A stretch of 50,007 nucleotides of DNA, taken from Pseudomonadota bacterium. Its GTDB lineage: Bacteria; Bdellovibrionota_B; Oligoflexia; Oligoflexales; CAIYRB01. Location of the stretch: NCBI GenBank assembly GCA_031416315.1, contig JANOTL010000122.1:1-50007 (forward strand), in the 5' to 3' direction. A model generated the notes under the pieces. It was given only the letters and a program-made list of their open reading frames with translations, ran no database searches and was not told the origin of the DNA. The translations under genes were made by a program, and so were the position numbers. This document shows positions 1 through 12,467 of the stretch, piece by piece; the first letter of the stretch is position 1, and every line of letters begins with the position of its first letter.

Positions 1-648
1 GCGGCCCGCCCCCGCGGCGCCGTCCGTCTTCTCCGGATCGAAGCTCACGGCCGCCTGTGCCGGGAGCTCGACTGGCGCGTCCTCGACCGCAGCCTCGAGC
101 GAGTACCGCAAGATCCCGGCCGCGTCGGCTTGGGGAATCAGCACCACGGCGTGCCAGGTCGCGCTCGACGAGCGCGGCACGATCTTCGCCGCCTTTGCGA
201 CCTCGACGCCGCCCTCTTTGACGAAATACTTGAACGTCTTCAACGCGACGAACGCCTCGACGCGCGCCGCTGCCTCGTTCGCGGGCGCCGTCGCCACGGG
301 CTTCTCGAAGAGCGCGATGCCGAATGCGGCATTGCCCGGCTCGACGTTAGAGACGATGGCCGTTGGCCCGATTGCGACGAGAAAGGCGCCGGCGACCATG
401 ACCGGCTCGTCCGCGAGATCCTGCTCGCCGCCCGAAGTGCTGGCTTCACCGCTTTCGGGCGCGCCGCCACCGGTCGCGCCCTGGGTCGAGCCAGCGCCGC
501 TCTTCGCAGGACTGTTTTCCCCCGGCGCCATGCTGTCGTCCTTGGCGGGATCCTTCGCCTTCGTCTCTTTAGCCGTGGTCGCGTCGGGCGATGCGGCGCT
601 GCACGCAGACAACAGGATTAGCGCAATGGCGAGGCTGAGGGTCTTCAA
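1..648 (-). CDS. Hypothetical lipoprotein, runs off the left edge (not in the ORF track)
   Basis: Manual translation from TTG at 648, with GGAGG upstream: MKTLSLAIALILLSAC (lipobox), then a low-complexity linker, then DEPVMVAGAFL. The frame is open to position 1. Confidence 0.8.
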   Translation of the reverse strand, partial: MKTLSLAIALILLSACSAASPDATTAKETKAKDPAKDDSMAPGENSPAKSGAGSTQGATGGGAPESGEASTSGGEQDLADEPVMVAGAFLVAIGPTAIVSNVEPGNAAFGIALFEKPVATAPANEAAARVEAFVALKTFKYFVKEGGVEVAKAAKIVPRSSSATWHAVVLIPQADAAGILRYSLEAAVEDAPVELPAQAAVSFDPEKTDGAAGAGR

Positions 649-668
649 GCTTGGGCACCTCCAAGAGT

Positions 669-698
669 CTTTTCGGCACCTTACGCGCCAAAGTTGAG
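669..698 (-). promoter_or_regulatory. sigma28/FliA-like promoter candidate
   Basis: Minus strand reads TCAAC-N15-GCCGAAAA just upstream of the lipoprotein RBS. Confidence 0.5.
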
Positions 699-716
699 GT
701 GTGGTATGAGGTCCCG

Positions 717-1916
717 ATGACCTCTTCTCGCTTAGGCCTCTATCTCCACGTGCCTTTTTGCAAGGCGCTCTGTCACTATTGCGACTTCGCCAAGACCGCG
801 AATTTTCGCCCGGAGTTCGCGCAAGCCTACCTGGACCGCCTGGGGACGCACCTAGACGCCTGGCTCGAGGCCGCCGTGCTCCCGTCCGGCCCGTTCACCT
901 CCATCTACTTCGGTGGCGGCACGCCGAGCCTCTTCGCCGAGGAGCTCGCGCCGCTCTTCGAGCGCCTGCAAGGACACGTGGCGCCGGGCGCCGAGATCAC
1001 GCTCGAGGCCAATCCCGACGACGTCACCGCCGAGCGCTGTCGCACTTGGCGGCGTCTCGGCATAAACCGACTGTCTTTAGGGGCGCAGACCTTCGACCCC
1101 GCGGGTCTCGCCTTCCTGAAGCGCGTTCACGGCGCAGGCGAGGCGGAGCGCGCCGCCGCGATGGCGCTGGAGCACTTCGCCAGCGTCAATCTCGACCTCA
1201 TCTACGGTTGGAAAGGGCAGGACGCGGCCCTTTGGCAGAAAGACCTAGAGCGGGCGCGCGCCACGGGCGTGCAGCACCTGAGTCTCTACGACCTCACCTT
1301 CGAAGGCCGCACGCCCCTCGCGCGCGCCGTAGCTCGCGGCAAGCTCCTCCCGTCGCCGGACGAGGACCTCGAGTCACGCTACGAGACGGCACGCGCCTTT
1401 CTCGCTGTGCACGGCTTCGAGCAGGAAGAAGTCTCGAACTGGCACCTTCCTGGCCACGAGGCGCAGCACAACTGGCTCTATTGGCGAGGCGATGCGTACG
1501 TCGGCATCGGCGCCGGCGCGCACGGATTTCTGCCGCAATGGGGTGACTTCGGCACGCGCTGGGCCTATGACAAGAACGAGCGCAAATTCCTCGCGCCGGA
1601 AACGCCAGAATCGCTCACGAGATCGACGGATTCCGATGTTTATGCCCGGGCGCTCGGCCTCGAGCCCGAGCGCGGCCGCGACGCCGACGACCTCGCCTCC
1701 GAGCTGGTCGGGATCGGCTTGCGTTGCCGCGACGGGGTCGACCTCGCGCTCCTTGAGCAGCGCACGGGCAAGTCGCTTGGCCGCCTGCGCCCCACCATCA
1801 GCGACGGGCTCGAGCGCGGCCTCTTGCATCGCACCAGCGAGCGCCTCCGGCTCGAGCCCGCCGAATGGTTTCGCGAGAACGCCTGGAGCGTCGAAGTCTT
1901 GCTGTCTCTGTCGTGA
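717..1916 (+). CDS. hemW: Radical SAM heme chaperone HemW (HemN-like)
   Basis: LYLHVPFCKALCHYCDF (CxxxCxxC), YFGGGTPS, EANP and the HNxxYW motif (HNWLYW). ATG at 717. Confidence 0.88.
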   Translation: MTSSRLGLYLHVPFCKALCHYCDFAKTANFRPEFAQAYLDRLGTHLDAWLEAAVLPSGPFTSIYFGGGTPSLFAEELAPLFERLQGHVAPGAEITLEANPDDVTAERCRTWRRLGINRLSLGAQTFDPAGLAFLKRVHGAGEAERAAAMALEHFASVNLDLIYGWKGQDAALWQKDLERARATGVQHLSLYDLTFEGRTPLARAVARGKLLPSPDEDLESRYETARAFLAVHGFEQEEVSNWHLPGHEAQHNWLYWRGDAYVGIGAGAHGFLPQWGDFGTRWAYDKNERKFLAPETPESLTRSTDSDVYARALGLEPERGRDADDLASELVGIGLRCRDGVDLALLEQRTGKSLGRLRPTISDGLERGLLHRTSERLRLEPAEWFRENAWSVEVLLSLS

Positions 1917-2042
1917 TTAAGCCTCAGTCCGTGTCGTCGACGTAGGAGCGCATGCTGACGTTCGGTACGCCGGCAGAGGTATAAACACAGCTGAACTCGG
2001 GATCTGTGCCGACCTCGCCTTGATACGCCCCGAGGTGCGGTG

Positions 2043-3962
2043 CTATCCGGGAGGCAGGGATTCAGAGTCCACAGGACCCTCGGCTTCCTCTTCCTGCTGG
2101 CGAAACGAGCCGTAGAGCGCCACCGCCGCCGCTTCGCGCAGGCCCTTGATCGCCTGCAGCTGGGTGAGCGAGGCAGCCTTCAAGCCGTCCAAGCCGCCGA
2201 AGGTCTCGAAGAGCTTTTTCCGCAAGGCCGGCCCGATCCCGGGTATCTCCTCCAAAGACGAGCCTTGCGAGATCTTCGCGCGCCTTTTGCGGTGATGCGT
2301 GATGGCGAAGCGGTGCGCCTCGTCTCTGATCTGCGTCAGGAGCCGGTACTCCGGCGTTCCGGTCGCGAGCGGCGTCGGCAGCTCCTCGTGCGGGAAGAAC
2401 ACGCGCTCGTAGCTCCGCGTCGGCGCCTCGCTCGAGACGAACTGACGCCGCGTCTTGTCGACCTTGCTCTTCGCGAGTGAGATCAAGTCGAGGTCGAGCC
2501 CCGGAAACTCCCGCATCGCGTCCATCGCCGCGGAGAGCTGGCCGCGGCCGCCGTCGATGATCAAGAGGTCCGGGAGGTCGGCCTCGCGCTCGCCCCGCTC
2601 GAGGCGACGGCGCACGATCTCTCTGATCGAGCCGAAGTCGTCCGGCCCGTTCGCGCCGGTGATCGTCTGCACGATGTAGTGCCGGTAGTGCTCCTTCGCC
2701 GGCCGCCCCTCGATGAAGCAGACGGCGGAGGCGACGATCGCCGTTCCCTGGATGTTCGAGATGTCGATGCACTCCATGCGCACGGGAATGCGGCGGAGCT
2801 TCAGCTTCTCCTTCAACACCTCGAGCTCGACGCGGCGGCGGTCGCCCAAGCGCGCCTCGTCGTCGAGGCGGTGGCGCGCGTTCTTTCCGGCCATGTCGAC
2901 CAAGTCCTTGCGCGCGCCGCGCGGCGCCTCGCGCAGAATCAGCTTCTGCACCTCGGGGTGGCTCGTGAGCAAGGCCGCGCGCAGCTGGTCCATCTCCTCC
3001 TCGGTCCCGAGCGAGAAGGGGAGGAGGATCTCTTGCGGCAAGCTACGTGCCTCGTAGAACTGCAGGAGAAAGGACTCGAGCGCCTCGGCCCCGCCCTCGA
3101 GCGGCGTCTTCACGACGAAGCCGTCGCTACCGACCATGAAGCCTTCGCGCACCATGAGCACCTGAAACGCAGCACGCGTCTCGGTCTCGGCGTAGCCGAG
3201 CGCGTCGGCGTTGTCGATCTCGCCGGTGACGACCGACTGCTTCTGCGTGATGCTCTCGAACGCTTTCAGCTGATCGCGCACGACGGCGGCGAGCTCGAAG
3301 TTCTCCGTCTCGGAGGCGGTCGCCATCTTCTGACGGAGGCTCTTCACCACCTCTTTGTTCTTCCCGGAAAGGAAGGAGACCGCGTCCTCGACCATGGCGA
3401 CGTAGATCGCGCGCTCGACCGGGAGCGTGCACGGACCTAAACACATCTTCATGTGGTAATAGTTGCACGGCCTCTTCGCCAACTCGAACTCGTGCCGGCG
3501 GCAGCGGATCAGCGGGAAGATGCGGTACGTCGCGTCCATCAGGATCTTGAGCTGCCCGGCGCTGCCGAACGGGCCGAGGTAGACGGCGCCGTCGTCCTTC
3601 CGCCGCCGGACCTTCTCGATCCGCGGCCACTCTTCCTTCAGCCCGATGCGCAAATACGGGTATTCCTTGTCGTCGCGCAGGAGGATGTTGAACTTCGGCT
3701 TGTGGTGCTTGATCAGCGTCCGCTCGAGAAGGAGCGACTCCACCTCCGTCTTGGTGATGATCACCTCGAAGTCGACGATCTCGTCCACGAGGGCGAGCGT
3801 CCGGTAGGCTAGCTGGCCGCGCGCGCCGAAGTAGGACGAGACGCGGCTCCGCAGGCTCTTCGCCTTGCCCGCGTAGATGATGCGCCCCTTGGCGTCCTTC
3901 ATCAGGTAACAGCCAGGCTCTTTCGGCAGCTTCCCGAGTTTTTCCTTAAGAACCGGGCTCAT
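2043..3962 (-). CDS. uvrC: Excinuclease ABC subunit C
   Basis: GIY-YIG N-terminus (PGCYLMKD...[18 protein letters not shown]), [25 protein letters not shown] and a C-terminal HhH. ATG 3962 has a GGAG RBS; GTG 3992 is an alternative start. Confidence 0.96.
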   Translation of the reverse strand: MSPVLKEKLGKLPKEPGCYLMKDAKGRIIYAGKAKSLRSRVSSYFGARGQLAYRTLALVDEIVDFEVIITKTEVESLLLERTLIKHHKPKFNILLRDDKEYPYLRIGLKEEWPRIEKVRRRKDDGAVYLGPFGSAGQLKILMDATYRIFPLIRCRRHEFELAKRPCNYYHMKMCLGPCTLPVERAIYVAMVEDAVSFLSGKNKEVVKSLRQKMATASETENFELAAVVRDQLKAFESITQKQSVVTGEIDNADALGYAETETRAAFQVLMVREGFMVGSDGFVVKTPLEGGAEALESFLLQFYEARSLPQEILLPFSLGTEEEMDQLRAALLTSHPEVQKLILREAPRGARKDLVDMAGKNARHRLDDEARLGDRRRVELEVLKEKLKLRRIPVRMECIDISNIQGTAIVASAVCFIEGRPAKEHYRHYIVQTITGANGPDDFGSIREIVRRRLERGEREADLPDLLIIDGGRGQLSAAMDAMREFPGLDLDLISLAKSKVDKTRRQFVSSEAPTRSYERVFFPHEELPTPLATGTPEYRLLTQIRDEAHRFAITHHRKRRAKISQGSSLEEIPGIGPALRKKLFETFGGLDGLKAASLTQLQAIKGLREAAAVALYGSFRQQEEEAEGPVDSESLPPG

Positions 3963-6003
3963 CTCCCGCTCCAACGCCGACGCTGCCGTCACTGCCGAAC
4001 TTTAGCATCAGGTCGCGCAATTTGGAGATTTCGTCGCGCAGCTCGGCCGCTTTCTCGAACTCGAGGCCGGCGGCGTACTTTTTCATCTCCTTCGAGCGTT
4101 TCTTGATCAGCTCGTCCAGCTCCTTGGCCGAGCGGGCGCCGACCGAAGAGAGGCTCGCCAGGGTCTTTTTGTCGAGGATGTCTTCATCGGCCGACGAAAA
4201 GCCGTAGAGCTTGCGCAGATCCTCCGGCAGGGCCTTGATGATCGTCGCGGGCGTGATGCCGTGCTCTGTGTTGTAAGCCTCCTGCTTCGCCCGGCGGCGG
4301 TCCGTCTCGTCGAGGCAGGCGCGCATCGAGTCCGTGACGCGATCGGCGTAGAAGATGACGCGCCCTTCGACGTTCCGCGCCGCGCGTCCGACCACCTGGA
4401 TCAAAGACGAGCGCGAGCGCAGGAAGCCTTCCTTGTCGGCGTCCATCACGGCGACCAGCATCACTTCCGGGAGGTCCAAGCCCTCGCGCAGGAGGTTGAT
4501 CCCGACCAGGACGTCGAACTCGCCCTTGCGCAGGTCGCGCAGGATCTCGATCCGCTCGAGGCTGTCGATGTCGGAGTGGAGGTACTTCACCTTGATGTTC
4601 ATCTCGAGGTAGTACCGCGTCAGGTCCTCGGCCATTTTCTTGGTCAAGGTCGTGACGAGGACACGGCCGCCCTTCGCCACCGTCTTCTTGATCTCGCCGA
4701 AGAGGTCGTCGACCTGCGCTTTCGCGGGCTTGATCTCGATCATCGGATCGATCAAGCCGGTCGGGCGGATGACCTGCTCGGAGATGCGGCCGCCGGCGGC
4801 CTGCAGCTCGTAGGGGCCCGGCGTCGCCGAGACGTGCAGCATCTGGTTCACGCGGCCCAAAAACTCGTCGAAATTGAGGGGGCGGTTGTCGAGCGCCGCC
4901 GGGAGCCGGAAGCCGAAGTCCACCAAGACCTGCTTGCGCGCGCGGTCGCCGCGGTACATGCCGCCGACCTGCGGGTTGGTGATGTGACTCTCGTCCATGA
5001 TGGTCAAAAAGTTCTTCGGAAAGTAGTCGAGGAGTGTCGGCGGCGGCTCGCCCGGCTTCGCGCCCGACAGGAAGCGCGAGTAGTTCTCGATGCCGGGGCA
5101 ATAGCCCAGATGCTCCATCGTCTCGACGTCGCTCATCGTGCGCTGCTCGAGGCGTTGGTACTCGACGAGCTTGTTCTGCGCCTTCAGCTCGCGCAGGCGC
5201 TCGCCCAGCTCCTTTAGGATCTCGCGGACGATCGAGCCCATGTCGCCGCGGTCGGTAACGTAGTGGCTGTTCGGATAGAGGGTGACCTCCGGCACCGTCT
5301 TCAAGACCTTGCCCGTCAGCGCGTCGACGATCGTGATCTGGTCGATCTCGTCGCCGAAGAACTCGACGCGGATCGCCTCGTCGCGCGCGTGCGCCGGGAG
5401 GAGGTCGACCGTGTCGCCGCGCACGCGGAAGTGCCCGCGCACGAGGTTCATGTCGTTGCGCGAGTACTGGATGTCGATCAGCTGCCTGAGGAGCGCGTCG
5501 CGCGGAATTTCCTGGCCCTTCTCGAGCTTCACCACGAGCTTCGAGTAGGCGGCCGGCGATCCTAGACCATAGATGCACGACACGGACGCCACGATGATCA
5601 CGTCCTTGCGCTCGAAGAGGGAGCGCGTCGCGGCGTGGCGCATCTTGTCGATGTCGTCGTTGATCGACGAGTCCTTGGCGATGTACGTGTCGCTCGACGG
5701 GACGTACGCCTCGGGCTGGTAGTAGTCGTAGTAGCTGATGAAATATTCGACCGCGTTCTCGGGGAACAGCTCGCGCATCTCCGAGAAGAGCTGCGCCGCC
5801 AGGGTCTTGTTGGGCGCCATGATCAGCGTCGGGCGGCCGAGCTGCTGGATGACGTTGGCCATGGTGAAGGTCTTGCCCGAGCCGGTGACCCCGAGGAGGA
5901 CGTGGTGCTTCTGGTCCGACTTGAAGGCGCGGACGATTTCTTCGATCGCCTGCGGCTGATCGCCTTGCGGCGCGTAGTGGCTTTTGAGCTTGAACGGCGA
6001 CAC
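3946..6003 (-). CDS. uvrB: Excinuclease ABC subunit B
   Basis: [11 protein letters not shown]alker [11 protein letters not shown] beta-hairpin, [18 protein letters not shown] and a UVR domain. GTG 6003 has GGAGG upstream; the ORF is open to 6045. Confidence 0.97.
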   Translation of the reverse strand: MSPFKLKSHYAPQGDQPQAIEEIVRAFKSDQKHHVLLGVTGSGKTFTMANVIQQLGRPTLIMAPNKTLAAQLFSEMRELFPENAVEYFISYYDYYQPEAYVPSSDTYIAKDSSINDDIDKMRHAATRSLFERKDVIIVASVSCIYGLGSPAAYSKLVVKLEKGQEIPRDALLRQLIDIQYSRNDMNLVRGHFRVRGDTVDLLPAHARDEAIRVEFFGDEIDQITIVDALTGKVLKTVPEVTLYPNSHYVTDRGDMGSIVREILKELGERLRELKAQNKLVEYQRLEQRTMSDVETMEHLGYCPGIENYSRFLSGAKPGEPPPTLLDYFPKNFLTIMDESHITNPQVGGMYRGDRARKQVLVDFGFRLPAALDNRPLNFDEFLGRVNQMLHVSATPGPYELQAAGGRISEQVIRPTGLIDPMIEIKPAKAQVDDLFGEIKKTVAKGGRVLVTTLTKKMAEDLTRYYLEMNIKVKYLHSDIDSLERIEILRDLRKGEFDVLVGINLLREGLDLPEVMLVAVMDADKEGFLRSRSSLIQVVGRAARNVEGRVIFYADRVTDSMRACLDETDRRRAKQEAYNTEHGITPATIIKALPEDLRKLYGFSSADEDILDKKTLASLSSVGARSAKELDELIKKRSKEMKKYAAGLEFEKAAELRDEISKLRDLMLKFGSDGSVGVGAGDEPGS

Positions 6004-6226
6004 CGCGGATCCTCCCGGCAAGAAAAGTGACATACCACGACCCACCTGAAGAGGCCGGTTAGAACGGCAGGGCCTTGAGCCTCAAGCCTTCCGCGTCATC
6101 TCTCCGGAAAAGCCCCGAGGGCTTAGATCCCTCTTAATTTCATTGACCCTTTTCGGTGTTTTTTGGTAAGCCCTCTACACATCGACTGGCCCGTTGTGTG
6201 TTTCCTGTGGAACGAGGAGGCTGCTG

Positions 6227-6760
6227 TTGCACTGTTCCCCCTGGTCCAAATTGCTTTTGCTCGCCGCGTTCATGCTGGCCTCGAGTGAGCGAGCCTCGGC
6301 TTGGTGGATGTGGACCCCTGGCGACACCGTCGACAACGTCGGTTATCAGCCGGAGCAGCCGATTCCCTTCAGCCACAAGCTGCACGCAGGCGACAAGCAG
6401 ATCCCTTGTCAGTACTGCCACTCGTCTGCGCGGCGCTCGACGGTCGCCGGGATCCCCCCGCTGAACACCTGCATGGGCTGTCACAAGGTCATCGCGACCG
6501 AGAAGCCGCATATCAAAACGATCTCGGAGCTCTACAAGGCGGACAAGCCGATGGAGTGGGTCAAGGTCCACGACCTCCCCGACTTCGTACGGTTCAGCCA
6601 CAAGATGCACGCCAACGCCAATATCGAGTGCCAGGCCTGTCACGGCGCGGTCGAGGGGATGGAAGTCGTCGAGCAGGTGGCGCCGCTGCAAATGGGCTGG
6701 TGCATCTCTTGCCACCGGGACAAAAAAGCCTCCACCGAGTGCGCGACCTGCCACTACTGA
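6227..6760 (+). CDS. actA: Alternative complex III pentaheme cytochrome c subunit ActA
   Basis: Five CxxCH motifs (CQYCH, CMGCH, CQACH, CISCH, CATCH), QPIPFSHKLHAG and LQMGWC. TTG 6227 follows GAGGAGG. Confidence 0.9.
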   Translation: MHCSPWSKLLLLAAFMLASSERASAWWMWTPGDTVDNVGYQPEQPIPFSHKLHAGDKQIPCQYCHSSARRSTVAGIPPLNTCMGCHKVIATEKPHIKTISELYKADKPMEWVKVHDLPDFVRFSHKMHANANIECQACHGAVEGMEVVEQVAPLQMGWCISCHRDKKASTECATCHY

Positions 6761-6833
6761 AGCTGCGCGAGAATACTGCGGTGACCCGAGCCGTGCCGCC
6801 AGGCGCGCTGCGGGATGCCCGAGGAGCTGAGTT

Positions 6834-9800
6834 TTGAGCATCACGAACGAGCCGGGAACTCCCCAAAGCATGCACGAAGACGCGTACGCGGAGGCGCCCT
6901 CAGCGGACGATCCCAGCAGAGGCCGCGAAGTCTGGGCCCCGACGGAAGGCCCGTTCGAGAAGCCTGCGAAGGCCCTCGAGGTCGGCCCGCTCTACGTCGG
7001 CGTCGAAGAGCGCCTGCCGGAGCTCGCCGAGCGGGAGGAGACGGTCGCGGCCGCGAATCCGCCGAAGAAACGCGGCAAGCTCTCGGTCGACCGCCGCGAC
7101 TTCATGAAGCTCTTCAGCGCCTCGTCGCTCGCCGCGACGGCGGCTTGCATCGAGCGGCCGTTGGAGAAGGCGATTCCCTTCGTGCAACAGCCCGTCGACC
7201 AGTGGCCGGGCGAGCCCGTCTTCTACGCGACGACCTGCGGTGAGTGCGCCACCGGCTGCGGCGTCATGGTCCGCACCCGGGAAGGCCGCCCGACCAAGCT
7301 CGAGGGCCTGCCGGAGCATCCGATCTCTAAAGGCAAGCTTTGCGCCGTCGGCCAGTCCTCGCTCCAGGGCCTCTTTCATCCCGAGCGCCCCAGAGCGCCG
7401 AAGATCCGCTTCGGCCAGCGCATGGAAGCCGTCACGTGGGACGAAGTTTACGAGCACCTCGGCAGCAAGGTCGCCAAAACGCAGAAGATCGGCATCCTCA
7501 CCGGCGGCGCCACCGGCAACCGCCACGGCTTTTTCCGCGAGTTCCTCGAGCGCATCGGCTCGACTAGGGACCGCCTCTACACTTACGACTCCAACACCCT
7601 GATGGAGTCGGTCGCCGCCGCCCACAAGCTCGCCTACGGCGTCAACGCCATGCCGCGCGCCGACCTCGACCAGGCGAAAGTGATCGTCGGCATCGGCGCC
7701 GACTTCCTCGACGTCGGCAGCTCGGTCGTCTACCACACGCACGGCTACACGCAGTCCCACGCCTTCAAGGCTGGAAACCGCGGAAAGCATTACCAATTCG
7801 AGTCCATCCTGACGCGGACGGGCGCGAAGGCGGACGAGCGCTTCGTCATTCCTCCTGGGGCGGAGACGCTCACCACGCTGCTCCTCGTTCGCGCGCTGAT
7901 CGAGAACAAGCGCTCTAAGGGAAGTGCTGCGGCCCGCCAGCAGATTCAAGCGGTGCTCGATCAAAAAGCCGAGGTCGTCGCCTCAGGTTACGAGCGCGTC
8001 GGCATCAAGCGCGAAGACCTCGACAAGCTCGCCAACGAGCTCCTCGACGAAGCCTCGATCGTCATGTGCGCCGGCAGCAGCGCCTTCGACGAGAACGCCA
8101 CGAACCTGCAGCTCGCCGCCATCATGGCCAACGAGCTGATCGGCGCGTACGACGTCACCCTGCACCTAGCGAAAGGCTGGGCGGTGCCCCCGGGCCAGCC
8201 CGGCGACCTCCAGCGCTTCCTTGCCGACGCGCCGGGCCTCGACGTCCTGATCGTCATCGACGCCAACCCGATCTTCTCGCTGCCGCCGGCTTTCGCCGTC
8301 CAGGACCTCCTGGCGAAGATCCCGACGGTCGCCTCGATCCAAGAGTTCCCGAACGAGGTCGACGCCCTCGCGCATTACTCGCTCAACGGCCACCACTACC
8401 TGGAGTCATGGGGCGACGAGCAACCGGTCGCCGGCTTCTGGTCGGCGCGCCAACCGACCGTCCGCGCCACGCACGACAGCCGCCAGGCCGAAGACATCCT
8501 CATGTGGGTCGCAGCCTCGGCGAAGAAGCCGCTCGGCTACGTCGACTACCGCGACTACCTGAAGAAGAAGTGGGCCGCCGTCCATCAGGTCACCGGCTCC
8601 CAGCTCGACTTCGACCGCTTCTTCGACGGCGTCCTCCAGCGCGGCTTCGTCAACACGGGCGCCTCGCAGGCCGTCTCCAGCGTGAGCGGCAGCCTTGCGG
8701 CGAGCTTCAAATACGTCGACACCGGCAGAGGCGGCCTGCGCCTCATCGCGCCGCTCGACATGCGCCTCGGCGACGGCAAGCACGCGCACAAGCCGATCTT
8801 GCAGGAGCTCCCCGACGCGCTGACGATGATCACCTGGGACAGCTGGGTCGCTTTGAACCCGACGACCTGCACCAAGCAGGGCTTGAAGCGCGGCGACGTG
8901 GTGAAGGTCCAAGGCCCCGGCGGCAGCTTCGAGGCGGCGGTCTTCCCGCTTCCCGGCTTGCACCCCGAGGCGGTCGTCGTGCCCCGCGGCAACGGCCATG
9001 CGCTCGGCGCCGGCTACATTCAAGGCGGCGTCGGCGTGAATCCGCTCGTCGCCATGGCGCGAGGCTCGGACGCGCTCACCGGCGCCCCGGTCACCTCGGG
9101 CCAGGCGGTGAAGCTCAGCGCCACCGGTGCGGTCCGCCCGCTGGCGATGACGCAAAAGCATAACGACATCGCCAACCGGACCGACATCGTCAAGAAGACC
9201 TCATTGGTCGAGGCCCGCGCCAACCTCACGAAGAAGCGCGACCTCGACACGGTTCCGGACCTTTATCCGGCGCTGCCGAAAGCGGAGTATCGCTGGGGCA
9301 TGGCGATCGACCTTGCGCGTTGCACGGGATGCGGCGCGTGCCAAGTCGCCTGCAGCACGGAGAACAACGTCGCGCAGGTCGGCCACCAGATGGTCCTCCA
9401 GGGCCGCGAGATGCACTGGATCAAGATCGACCGCTACTTCGAGGGCTCGACCGACAACCCGCAGGTCACCTTCCAGCCGATGCTCTGCCAGCACTGCAAC
9501 CACGCTCCGTGCGAGGCAGTCTGCCCGGTCTTCGCGACCAACCACGACCCGGAAGGGTTGAACGCGATGACCTACAACCGCTGCGTCGGCACCCGCTACT
9601 GCGCCAACGCCTGCCCTTACAAGATCCGCCGCTTCAACTGGTTCACCTACAAGTGGAACGAGATGGGCACGGACGAATACTGGAAGCGCGACCACAGCCC
9701 GCGGCCGATGAATCCGGACGTCACCGTTCGCACGCGCGGCGTCATGGAGAAGTGCACGTTCTGCTACCAGCGCGTGCGCGACGTGAAGCACAAGGTGAAG

Positions 9801-10053
9801 ATCCGCAACACCCCGCTCGTCGACGGCGAGATCAAGACGGCTTGCCAGCAGACCTGTCCGGCCGAGGCGATCACGTTCGGCAACCTCTTCGACCCGTCGG
9901 CGGCGGTCACGCAGCAGCGCCAAGACAATCGCGCCTATCTCGCCCTCGGCGGCACTCCCGAGAAGAAAGAGTTCGGAATCAAGACCCTGCCGAACGTCAG
10001 CTACCTGGCCGACGTGACGCTCAAAGAGAACGCTGCATCGGAGCATCACGGTC

Positions 10054-10061
<8 letters not shown>
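6834..10061 (+). CDS. actB: Alternative complex III subunit ActB (molybdopterin oxidoreductase-like domain fused to an Fe-S domain; Tat lipoprotein)
   Basis: DRRDFMK Tat motif and ATAAC lipobox. C-terminal CTGCGACQVAC, CQHCNHAPCEAVCP, CVGTRYCANACP, MEKCTFC, ACQQTCP. Confidence 0.93.
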
Positions 10062-11404
<1,343 letters not shown>

Positions 11405-11418
<14 letters not shown>

Positions 11419-11926
11419 GAAGTCGGATCAGGGCATCATCGCCATCTTCAGGTACCTGGACGTCGTCTGCGACGCGATCGAGCGGGTGCGCGAGCGGCCG
11501 GATTTCGAGGGCCACGAGGTCTTTACGCCGACCTCCTACCACGAGATCGAGCATGCCTGCGGCTTCGGCTCCTCGCCGGTGCGCTTCTTCACCATCATCG
11601 GCGCCCTCACCGGCACGGTGGGCGGCTTCTCGCTCTGCCTGCTCATGGACTGGGACTGGCCCCTCGTCGTCGGCGGCAAGACGGCGGGACTCCCGTCACT
11701 CCCGGCTTACGTCGTCATCGGTTTCGAGTGCACGATCTTGCTCGGCGCCATCGCCACCATCCTCGGCATGCTGGTCTTGGGCCGCATCCCGAACCCGAAG
11801 CGGAGGGTCCTGGATCCGCGCACGACGGACGACCGCTTCGGCATCTTCGTCCCGAACGTCGGCCTCGACAGTCCGCAAGCGGCGCTCCTGAAAGAGTGCG
11901 GCGCCGATGAGCTGAAAGTTACCTGA
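11405..11926 (+). CDS. actD: Alternative complex III subunit ActD (DUF3341)
   Basis: DWPLVVGGK, PAYVVIGFECTIL, TDDRFGI; two TM segments; operon position. Confidence 0.88.
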
Positions 11927-11936
11927 GGAGTTCGAA

Positions 11937-12464
11937 GTGATCGCGAAGCTGTCGAAATTCTTGCTCCCGCTGCCCGCGCTCTGGCTCACTGCCTGCGACC
12001 ACGGACCCAACGGCCGTAAGATCCAATACGTCCCCGACATGGCCGACTCCCCGGCGCCCAAGGCGCAGAAGGAGTACCTCGATCCCCCGGCCTTCGCCGT
12101 GGCGATGAACGCCACGCCTTACCCGAAGACGGTGGAGGAGGCAGAGCAGATGCTCAAGACCCCCGACGCCATCGCCTCAGACCCGAAGACGCCGGAGAAG
12201 GGGAGAGAGCACTACGAAACGTTCTGCGTCCCCTGCCACGGCAAGGACGGCAAAGGCATCGGCACGCTGGGCAACGTCGGCGCGCCGCAGCCGCCGGACA
12301 TCACCTTGCCGTCCTACGCGACCAAGGGCGACGGCTTCTTCTTCTACCGCATCACGTTCGGCTCGGCCTCGACCCTGATGCCCGGCTACGGGCATGCGAT
12401 CTCCACGCACGAGCGCTGGCAGATCATCGCGCACCTCCGGAATCTGCAGAAGGCGGGGCACTGA
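11937..12464 (+). CDS. actE: Alternative complex III monoheme cytochrome c lipoprotein ActE
   Basis: WLTAC lipobox, PDMADSPA, CVPCH and MPGYG axial Met. Confidence 0.88.
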   Translation: MIAKLSKFLLPLPALWLTACDHGPNGRKIQYVPDMADSPAPKAQKEYLDPPAFAVAMNATPYPKTVEEAEQMLKTPDAIASDPKTPEKGREHYETFCVPCHGKDGKGIGTLGNVGAPQPPDITLPSYATKGDGFFFYRITFGSASTLMPGYGHAISTHERWQIIAHLRNLQKAGH

Positions 12465-12467
12465 CCG

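Noticed and set aside
1917..2042. hemW-uvrC spacer as ncRNA/ribozyme or small ORF
   Set aside because: Only short stems (ACCTCG/CGAGGT, CACAG/CTGTG) and no hammerhead or other core motif. A minus-frame stretch (...GEVGTDPEFSCVYTSAGVPNVSMRSYVDDTD*) lacks a plausible start and is at best a gene remnant.
6074..6086. CTTGAG-C-CTCAAG palindrome upstream of uvrB as an SOS box
   Set aside because: Does not match a LexA box I know; single instance, cannot be supported.
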